A stretch of DNA of 24,168 nucleotides, from positions 1 to 24,168 of the IMG/VR virus record IMGVR_UViG_3300010398_000050; one strand, written 5' to 3'. Shown in pieces: positions 17,808 to 24,168 of the stretch. A program made the translations under genes and the position numbers. This DNA comes from a virus. Its lineage: Duplodnaviria; Caudoviricetes. Below the pieces are notes generated by a model that ran no database searches, was not told the origin of the DNA, and saw nothing but the letters and a program-made list of their open reading frames with translations. Every line of letters starts with the position of its first letter. The stretch's first letter is position 1.

Positions 17808-18176
17808 TTATACGCCGATGTTGAGGATGCGAATCGCCGCGTAGCCGTTCGCGTCCTTCGTCTCTTCGACCTTGGCACACGGGGAGCCTGCGACCGTTGC
17901 CGAGAGGTCGGTGTCGCCGCGCTTGATGCCTGCGCCGGTCGTCCAGTAGAGCACGTCTCCGATTGCAGGCGAGAGCGCAGCCGGAAGCTTCACGTACCAG
18001 ATCCGATCCGGTGCAATTTCCATGTCCGCCGTTCGGAGCGTGTCTGCGGAGTTGATCGTCTTCATGATCACCCCGTTCCACTGGTTGAGGCGGAAGAACT
18101 CCCCGAACGTGTATGTCCCGGCAGGCCAGGTGTAACCGTTCTGAGTCGCCCGCCCGTCATGCTTCAGTTGGCCCAT
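17808..18176 (-). CDS. Capsid cement/decoration protein (DUF2190-like)
   Basis: 122 aa with AIGDVLYW...AKVEETKDANGYAAIRI; directly upstream of the capsid gene. Confidence 0.7.
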   Translation of the reverse strand: MGQLKHDGRATQNGYTWPAGTYTFGEFFRLNQWNGVIMKTINSADTLRTADMEIAPDRIWYVKLPAALSPAIGDVLYWTTGAGIKRGDTDLSATVAGSPCAKVEETKDANGYAAIRILNIGV

Positions 18177-18194
18177 CTCTCCTCCTCTCTGAAA

Positions 18195-18782
18195 TTAGGC
18201 GGGTGCCTCTTCCTCGTCCTGCTGGTCGATGTAATCCTGCACATCGGCCTTGGTGATGTTGCCGTCCTTCCCGGTGCCCTCGACCTGGGCCAGATCGACT
18301 CCCTCGGCATCGGCAAGCTCGCGTGCTGCGTCGGATGCCGTCACGTCCTCCGCAGTGGTCTGTGGGGCCACAGGAGCGCTCTGGACGGTCGCCTCGCCCT
18401 TGAGCGTCCCGTCGTACCCCTCACCGTAATCCTCGCTCAGAGCGGCCGGGTGGCCCTCGGGGAGATTCTCGGCAGCGAGCGGGTGAGACGAGAGCGAAAC
18501 GAGACGGCCGACCGATGTAATTGCTTCCGGCGAGCCGTATGCGGGCGGGCCGACGATGGTCGGACGCATCTCCATGCCCTGCTCCTCCTCCGGGACGTAG
18601 GGGTTCATTGCCTGCGACGGAGCGGCGAAGACGACGCCTTCGTCCTCCGCGTCGAAGTCGAAGTGCTCACCGGCAGCGACAACCTCGTCGTTCGGCTGCT
18701 GCTCGAAATCGTCGGACACGATTTCAGCTTCGACCCGCTCCTCGGGAGGAGCCGTGCTGATCTTCTTGCGGGGTGGTGCCAT
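18195..18782 (-). CDS. Acidic, probably disordered protein with C-terminal E3-binding (PSBD) domain
   Basis: ASDAARELADAEGVDLAQVEGTGKDGNITKADVQDYI matches the 2-oxoacid dehydrogenase E2 PSBD consensus; AGGAGG RBS. Confidence 0.85.
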   Translation of the reverse strand: MAPPRKKISTAPPEERVEAEIVSDDFEQQPNDEVVAAGEHFDFDAEDEGVVFAAPSQAMNPYVPEEEQGMEMRPTIVGPPAYGSPEAITSVGRLVSLSSHPLAAENLPEGHPAALSEDYGEGYDGTLKGEATVQSAPVAPQTTAEDVTASDAARELADAEGVDLAQVEGTGKDGNITKADVQDYIDQQDEEEAPA

Positions 18783-18797
18783 GAAATTCCTCCTCTC

Positions 18798-19970
18798 CTA
18801 CGCCGAGCGGACGCGGATCGAAGATGTGGTCAGTCCGGCCTTCAACTCGCGCTGCTGGCCGCGACCTTGCTGGGAGGACGACGGCGGCGACGGAGGAGTG
18901 CCCTCCATCTCTGAAATCGTCTCCTTGATGTCCTCGTTGGAGTTGATGACCTCGTTCACCATCTCCGTGACGAACTTCTCGTCCTTGTCGCTGTCGCCGG
19001 TGAGAGTGAAATCCTTGTCGCGGATTTCACCGACGATCACGCGCTTGACGAGTGCGCGATCCTTCTCGTCTCCGCCCGTGAGCCTCTTGCTGAGCACGGA
19101 GTCGAGCACGGAATCGCGCAGTGACTTCCCGGCCGCACGGAGTTGTGAAATCGTGGCCTGCACTACAGCCAGCGGCTCCGTGTCTTCCTTGAGGCCGAGC
19201 AGCTTGCGCAGATCGGGGATCAGATCCAGCGTCGGCTTGACCGTCGCCTCTGCCGTCTCCATTTCACCGATCTTCGTGTCGAGCGGGGCACGCACGTCGT
19301 CCTCGATAGCCTTGACCACGGCGGGATTGTGCGCGCGAAGCTCGTTTACCGACAGTGCTGCAATTTCCTTCGGATCCACTGCTTTCCCTCCTTCCTCCAT
19401 CTCGCTTGTGAGCGCAACGAGACGCGCACTCATCCCGGCCGCACGAGGCCGAGCCAAGTCGATTGACTCCAGATGAAATTCCTTGATCCGGACTCCCTTC
19501 TCGTGCATCTCCTGTGCGACCTTGCCACGCCAGGAGACTGTCTTCGCCAGACCGCGACGTGCGTAGTCCCTCGCCTTCGTGCCGGGAAGGAAATACGCCT
19601 TCGCAGCCAGCCTTGCCCCGCTTGCCGCCGAAAGCAGCTTGGCCCCCACCCACTGAAGCTGAATTTCAGGGAATTCGTAGGGGTCGTCGTCAGGCCGGAT
19701 GTGACCGAGGTATCCGACAATCGGCTCCGTGCTCGCGGCTGAGTTGATTTCAGTCGCAACGCCACCGAAGAGTTCCGGCCCCCAGAAGCGATTCGACTTC
19801 GACCAGCCGCTTTCGATTACGTACGTGCCGAAGATCGGACTCGTGTCATCACCGACCACTTCGCTGAGCAGCCCCGCTGAAATCGGGACTGCCCCACCCG
19901 ATACCGAGGCCATCTCCGAGACGAAGACAACCTCGACAGGTTCGAAGATTTCAGTGATGAAATCCGACAT
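18798..19970 (-). CDS. Prohead protease/scaffold fusion, 390 aa
   Basis: N-terminal IESGWSKSNRFW...GYLGH...VSWRG...SIDLARP protease-like domain, charged helical C-terminal scaffold; between portal and capsid. Confidence 0.75.
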   Translation of the reverse strand: MSDFITEIFEPVEVVFVSEMASVSGGAVPISAGLLSEVVGDDTSPIFGTYVIESGWSKSNRFWGPELFGGVATEINSAASTEPIVGYLGHIRPDDDPYEFPEIQLQWVGAKLLSAASGARLAAKAYFLPGTKARDYARRGLAKTVSWRGKVAQEMHEKGVRIKEFHLESIDLARPRAAGMSARLVALTSEMEEGGKAVDPKEIAALSVNELRAHNPAVVKAIEDDVRAPLDTKIGEMETAEATVKPTLDLIPDLRKLLGLKEDTEPLAVVQATISQLRAAGKSLRDSVLDSVLSKRLTGGDEKDRALVKRVIVGEIRDKDFTLTGDSDKDEKFVTEMVNEVINSNEDIKETISEMEGTPPSPPSSSQQGRGQQRELKAGLTTSSIRVRSA

Positions 19971-19972
19971 GA

Positions 19973-20287
19973 CTACGTGTACTGCGCCCGGCGCAGCTTC
20001 TTGCCCTGGTTCTGGTTGAAGAGCGTGCGCGGGATCACGTTCTGATGTCCACGGGACGCCTTACCCGGAACGCTCATCGTCTTGCGTGTCGCGGCGACGG
20101 AGACTTCCCTGACCGCGCCGTTGCCCTTGGACGGGTCGTAGAGCACGTTCGGGTTGTTCGTGAACTGGTTCGCAACATCTGAAAATGTAGCGACCGTGAC
20201 TCCCCGGTTCGCTGAAATCAGGTTGTACGGATCCCGGACGTGCAGCCGCTTGACGCCCGTCCTCTTGGTCTGTCTGACTGGTGCCAT
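19973..20287 (-). CDS. Small basic protein, 104 aa
   Basis: TGATG coupling upstream; stop 2 nt before the protease ATG. Confidence 0.7.
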   Translation of the reverse strand: MAPVRQTKRTGVKRLHVRDPYNLISANRGVTVATFSDVANQFTNNPNVLYDPSKGNGAVREVSVAATRKTMSVPGKASRGHQNVIPRTLFNQNQGKKLRRAQYT

Positions 20288-20496
20288 CAGAGATTTCCTT
20301 TACTCTTGATCGTCGTCGCCTGGATCGTGGCCCGTGCTGCCTCACGCTCCGAGGCGTACGCCTGCAGGACTGCCGGTGCTTGTGCATCGCCAATCGTGTC
20401 GTCGCGGATCCCGTGCTGAATTCCAGGAGCCGCCTTCGGATTTCCTGGGCCACCGTAGCCGGTGCCCAGTTGCTTCACTCTCAAGATCCTTACCAC
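20287..20496 (-). CDS. Small protein, 69 aa
   Basis: AGGAGG RBS before GTG; tightly packed. Confidence 0.65.
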   Translation of the reverse strand: MVRILRVKQLGTGYGGPGNPKAAPGIQHGIRDDTIGDAQAPAVLQAYASEREAARATIQATTIKSKGNL

Positions 20497-20499
20497 GAA

Positions 20500-20688
20500 T
20501 TACCTCCTTCCTCTTCCCCCGACCGGGGTCTGAATGAATTTGAACCTTGATCCGGCAGGGAAGCTGGCCGTTGCCGGATTGACACCGCCGCGTGCGAGGT
20601 TCTTCATGTGCCGGATCTGCGGCATCCGCATCACCTTCAACGGCCCAGTGCGTCCTGCGTAGCCGAGCGTTGGATTTCCGATTGCCAT
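20500..20688 (-). CDS. Small Arg/Gly-rich protein, 62 aa, no Asp or Glu
   Basis: GGAGGAG RBS; tightly packed. Confidence 0.7.
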   Translation of the reverse strand: MAIGNPTLGYAGRTGPLKVMRMPQIRHMKNLARGGVNPATASFPAGSRFKFIQTPVGGRGRR

Positions 20689-20696
20689 CGCTCCTC

Positions 20697-20831
20697 CTAG
20701 TAGCGGACGAGCCGCAGGTATTGGGTGTATCCGGCCGGGAGCAGCGGCAGGATTCGCTTGCCCGATTTCCTGTCACGCAGTGATTGGTTCGACTGCGTGA
20801 TGATCGGTGTTACTGAAATTGCCCCCTTCAT
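20697..20831 (-). CDS. Small basic protein, 44 aa
   Basis: Below cutoff: MKGAISVTPIITQSNQSLRDRKSGKRILPLLPAGYTQYLRLVRY*; ATGA overlap with the upstream stop; fills the gap. Confidence 0.55.
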   Translation of the reverse strand: MKGAISVTPIITQSNQSLRDRKSGKRILPLLPAGYTQYLRLVRY

Positions 20832-21070
20832 CTCTTCCGCCTCTTTCTCCTCTGCTTGGCGAGGGTCTTTGCCAGTGCAGCCTGCCGCTTGGTGCGTGTG
20901 CTGGCCCTGGAATTCTTGGCGAGCACCTTGTTCGCGTAGGCACTGGTGCTCATGCCTGCGCGCTTCGCCTTCGCACTGAAGGCACCCGGTCGCTTGATCG
21001 CGCCTTTGATCCAGTTCTTGTTGCCACTGGATTTCCTTCTTCTTGAGGAGCTTGCACGCTTGCGCGGCAT
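20828..21070 (-). CDS. Highly basic protein, 80 aa, no Asp or Glu
   Basis: GAGGAGG RBS; KNWIKGAIKRPGAF...RQAALAKTL resembles hypothetical proteins I recall from uncultured phages (unverified). Confidence 0.8.
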   Translation of the reverse strand: MPRKRASSSRRRKSSGNKNWIKGAIKRPGAFSAKAKRAGMSTSAYANKVLAKNSRASTRTKRQAALAKTLAKQRRKRRKR

Positions 21071-21071
21071 T

Positions 21072-21224
21072 TCACTTGCGCCTCCTCTTCGGCTTCGCCC
21101 GCCTCATCGCCGTCTGCGCTACAACCTTCGGATTTCTCTGCCCGAGCTTGACCCTGCGCGCACTCTTCTTCACCCGCAATTTCCTTCTACGGCCGGTGCG
21201 CGGAACGTGTGGCCTCGCCCTCAC
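21072..21224 (-). CDS. Protamine-like protein, 50 aa
   Basis: Below cutoff: MRARPHVPRTGRRRKLRVKKSARRVKLGQRNPKVVAQTAMRRAKPKRRRK*; GGAGG 6 nt before a GTG overlapping the portal stop (GTGA). Confidence 0.7.
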   Translation of the reverse strand: MRARPHVPRTGRRRKLRVKKSARRVKLGQRNPKVVAQTAMRRAKPKRRRK

Positions 21225-22825
21225 TGCTGACCTCCCTGAGCTACCGGAGTGCCGCCGCCCTGGTGGTAGTAGTAGTTGTATTTGCTTCCTTGCCCACCGC
21301 CCTGCTGGTTGGGGCCAGGAGCCGGATTCAACTGTGCCTGCTGCTGCGCCTGCCTCTGCATGTCCAACTGCGCCTGCTTGCCCTCGTCAACCGACGATTT
21401 CATCACAGGCAGGAACTGCTTCAACATCCGCCGGTACGTCTCGTCCGAGATTTCACCGCGCTGGGCTGCGACTTCCAGGCCCATCACGAGTTGCTGGAAC
21501 GCCTGGTAGAAGACAACCTCGTCGTCCACCCGGATGATCTGCCATGAAATTTCCGGCCTGACTGGGATCAGGCCGTTCATGACAAGCACCATCTTGCAAA
21601 GCTGCTGGATCGGATCCGTGAAATTGATGCGCTTACCTTCGATCTTCTTCAGCAGCGGCACCGTCTGTGCGTTGCGGTCGGAGTTGGCAGAGCCTGAATC
21701 GACTCGCATGAACGCCCACTCCGGAGTCTGGCTTGCGATGCAGATGCAGTCGATCAGGAATTCCAGCAGGACGTGGGTATCCCCGAGCACACTCTTGGCC
21801 TCCAGAAACGAGATGTCCTCGTCGGTCTGAACAAAGAGAATCTCCCGGCCCCGCCAGGAAATTTCACCGTCCTGCTTGATCTGTCCCGTCTCCGTGTCCA
21901 CTGCCTCGGGGAAGTTGTTCATGATGAATGGAGCCACATCCGTCAATTTCATCATGACCTTCGGAGTCGAGTGGTAGCCGTGAGCCTGCAGTCCCTGGGT
22001 GAGCGCGTCATGGAAAGCCTGGATGAACGGGATTACAGTTTCCAGATCGCTCTGCCCGCCCTTCAGTGTGGAGTCGTACTCGTTGTAGACCTCAACCAGC
22101 GGCACGAAGCCGTAGCGATTGACTGCTTCCATGTCGGTCAGCCACTCGCTGGTCGTGTTGTCGAAGAACTTGAAATCGTCGCGGGTGATGAATTCCAGTA
22201 CCTCGTGCTCCTCAACAATCGGATCCCGGCCCTGGGCTATGTCGCCCTCGTCCTTGATAAAGAGCATCCGGTGGTGAATTACAGCCCGCTGGATGATCCA
22301 CTTGTTCTCCGGATGCCGTTCGATCTGAACGAGTTCGGGCGGGAACATCTCCAATGCGCAGTGGTCGCTCTCTTCGATTGTCATCAACGGGTCGAAGATG
22401 TCCGGTCTGCGCAGGCGAACGATCACCTTGGAATCCCGCATCGAGTCCCTGAGCATCTGCTTGATTTCATTTGCCCAGTATGTGCGAATGCACTCGTTGA
22501 GGAAATCAGACGTGGCCTCGTTGTCCGCCGAGATGACCGGCATCCCTATGAAATTCACGGGGATGTCGATGATCGGCTTGGCAAAGCCTGCTCCCAACCC
22601 GTTGTCTCCGGAATTCCTGTACAGCGCACGCAGCGCCTCGTAGTTGACGATGGAGTTCTCGCCCATCGGCCGCTTCGTCGTCCAGAAGCGCAAACCGAAA
22701 TTCGGTAGGCCGAGGAAGCGGAGGGTGCTCGTGCTGCTCCAGGGAATCAGAGCGCGGGTCATATCGACCCACGCGCCCGAGACGCTGTAATACATCTCGC
22801 TCAGCTTATTCAGAACTTTGCCCAC
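21221..22825 (-). CDS. Portal protein (SPP1 gp6-like), 534 aa
   Basis: FAKPIIDIPVNFIGMP, NRYGFVPLVEVYN...GQSDLETVIPFIQAFH, SQTPEWAF motifs; size and position after the terminase. Confidence 0.9.
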   Translation of the reverse strand: MGKVLNKLSEMYYSVSGAWVDMTRALIPWSSTSTLRFLGLPNFGLRFWTTKRPMGENSIVNYEALRALYRNSGDNGLGAGFAKPIIDIPVNFIGMPVISADNEATSDFLNECIRTYWANEIKQMLRDSMRDSKVIVRLRRPDIFDPLMTIEESDHCALEMFPPELVQIERHPENKWIIQRAVIHHRMLFIKDEGDIAQGRDPIVEEHEVLEFITRDDFKFFDNTTSEWLTDMEAVNRYGFVPLVEVYNEYDSTLKGGQSDLETVIPFIQAFHDALTQGLQAHGYHSTPKVMMKLTDVAPFIMNNFPEAVDTETGQIKQDGEISWRGREILFVQTDEDISFLEAKSVLGDTHVLLEFLIDCICIASQTPEWAFMRVDSGSANSDRNAQTVPLLKKIEGKRINFTDPIQQLCKMVLVMNGLIPVRPEISWQIIRVDDEVVFYQAFQQLVMGLEVAAQRGEISDETYRRMLKQFLPVMKSSVDEGKQAQLDMQRQAQQQAQLNPAPGPNQQGGGQGSKYNYYYHQGGGTPVAQGGQQ

Positions 22826-23381
22826 TGAGCATCCCTTCCAGTTCTTCGATCAACTGCGCGGCCTTCTCCTGTACCTCGACCGGAGCTTCGCGCAATTTCT
22901 CCAGCATTCCGCCGTCCTTGACTGTAATTACTTCCTCTTCGACACGTTCCTGCCGAGAAATCTTGATCACGCCGCCGCGATCCAGCACAGATTCCGCAGC
23001 TTTGATTCGCATGCCGTCGTCTTCCGTCGTCCGCATGACATCGACCAAGACCATCACGGCTTCGATCATGAAATCCTGCAGAAGCTCCAGCGCGGCAGCA
23101 GGAAGCTTCTTTCTGAGAACGGCGATTTCCTCGTTGATCCGGGGGAGAGCAAGAATCTCATTGACTTGACCCAATGAAATCCCGATGACCTTGCTCATCT
23201 GCACCCGCGAGTAGTTGGCGAGCTTGAGCACGACGACCATCTGCTCGACGTGCGGAACCTCTGCTGGCAGCAATTTCAGTCGCTTCGCTGTGTTCAGCTT
23301 GTACTGCCGCCGGATCCTGTCCACCTGGCTCTTCTTCGCTATCGCCCTGCGGACGGGTGTGGACTGTCGTCTAGCGGGCAT
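22806..23381 (-). CDS. HTH protein, terminase small subunit-like, 191 aa
   Basis: HTH-like YSRVQMSKVIGISLGQVNEIL, then AVMVLVDVM...RIKAAESVLDRGG typical of TerS oligomerisation helices. Confidence 0.6.
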   Translation of the reverse strand: MPARRQSTPVRRAIAKKSQVDRIRRQYKLNTAKRLKLLPAEVPHVEQMVVVLKLANYSRVQMSKVIGISLGQVNEILALPRINEEIAVLRKKLPAAALELLQDFMIEAVMVLVDVMRTTEDDGMRIKAAESVLDRGGVIKISRQERVEEEVITVKDGGMLEKLREAPVEVQEKAAQLIEELEGMLSGQSSE

Positions 23382-24168
23382 TGACCATGCTCCTGTTCAT
23401 CGCTTGTGAAATTCCAGCAGGAATACTCAGCGTAGGACGCTTCGTAGCAGCGACGGTTGCAAACATCGCCGCGTGGTGCCAGTGGTCTGCGTTGGAATTC
23501 TTCTTCCAGCGCCCCACGAGATTTCCTCTCGTGTTCTCCTCCTCCATCCTGACCATCTGCGTAAGCTGGTAGTACATGCCGTTGAAGCCCTTGCGCGGCA
23601 TCTGCTCGCCCAAGTCACGCGCATCCGGGGGCAGAATTACAGCCCCGTTCAGCATGTCTTGGATCAGTGTGTCGAGAGCCATCGTCTTGTCGATGTTCAC
23701 CCGGCCCGCCTCTTTCGTCTTGAGCGGGAAGAAATTTGCCATTTCGGAGGCTTGCTCACGCTCGTCGGAGAAGCCGATGCGGAGCTTGCCGTGGTATTTC
23801 ATTGCAAGCTCGTGCGATTTCGTCTTCTCCGGGTGTGCATCGATGATTCCCGTCCAGGATGAAAGGGTCGAAAGGAACTTGTCCAGGTCGTTCCAGTTCC
23901 TGAACAATTTCAGATTCCAGAGCATCTTTCGGCCCTGCCGGTCGAAATGCCAGCACCAGACATGAAGCAGCGTGCCCACGTCGATTCCGATTGCCAAGTA
24001 GGAATTCGGAATGCCGCCCATGTGGTAGCCACTAACACGGCACTTGTCCAACAGTTCTGCTGAAATCTTGTCTCCGGGCGCTGCGTACGGCATCCCCATG
24101 TTCTGGTTCCAGAATGCCTTCAATTTCCTTATGTCGCGCTGCCCGAGGAAGTAGTCGCGGACGATTTC
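23371..24168 (-). CDS. terL: Terminase large subunit, C-terminal nuclease domain (GpA-like); starts beyond the right edge
   Basis: FWNQNMGMPY, AIGIDVG, IIDAHP and DHWHHA RNase H-fold motifs; frame is open to the window edge. Confidence 0.9.
   Translation of the reverse strand, partial: EIVRDYFLGQRDIRKLKAFWNQNMGMPYAAPGDKISAELLDKCRVSGYHMGGIPNSYLAIGIDVGTLLHVWCWHFDRQGRKMLWNLKLFRNWNDLDKFLSTLSSWTGIIDAHPEKTKSHELAMKYHGKLRIGFSDEREQASEMANFFPLKTKEAGRVNIDKTMALDTLIQDMLNGAVILPPDARDLGEQMPRKGFNGMYYQLTQMVRMEEENTRGNLVGRWKKNSNADHWHHAAMFATVAATKRPTLSIPAGISQAMNRSMVNAR

Noticed and set aside
17792-17878. Upstream start of the capsid gene (429 aa)
   Set aside because: Overlaps the cement gene; the strong RBS precedes ATG 17791.
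17577-18914. 445-aa plus-strand ORF, and similar ones at 1896-2654, 16727-17563, 18754-19476, 21773-22708
   Set aside because: Antisense to well-supported genes; long shadow ORFs are expected in GC-rich DNA.

Overview
A continuous minus-strand virion morphogenesis operon of a GC-rich (about 60% by eye) contractile-tailed phage or prophage. Read right to left: terminase large subunit (partial), TerS-like HTH protein, portal, six small mostly basic ORFs, prohead protease/scaffold, an acidic protein with an E3-binding (PSBD) domain, DUF2190-like capsid cement, major capsid protein, a structured intergenic element, a fibre/accessory block, neck genes, tail sheath, a LAGLIDADG endonuclease, a membrane micro-protein, tail tube, a Zn-ribbon protein, tail assembly chaperone with a -1 frameshift, tape measure, LysM protein and a baseplate hub fused to a transglycosylase-like domain (partial). 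Most notable: (1) the hexamer TGAAAT occurs about 105 times on both strands by manual count versus about 6 expected; (2) the endonuclease appears to have invaded the last 7 codons of the sheath gene, supplying a synonymously recoded end and keeping the old end as its own C-terminus; (3) a cluster of protamine-like micro-ORFs between portal and protease; (4) a multi-stem RNA element after the capsid gene. All product calls come from motifs and gene order; no database search was run.
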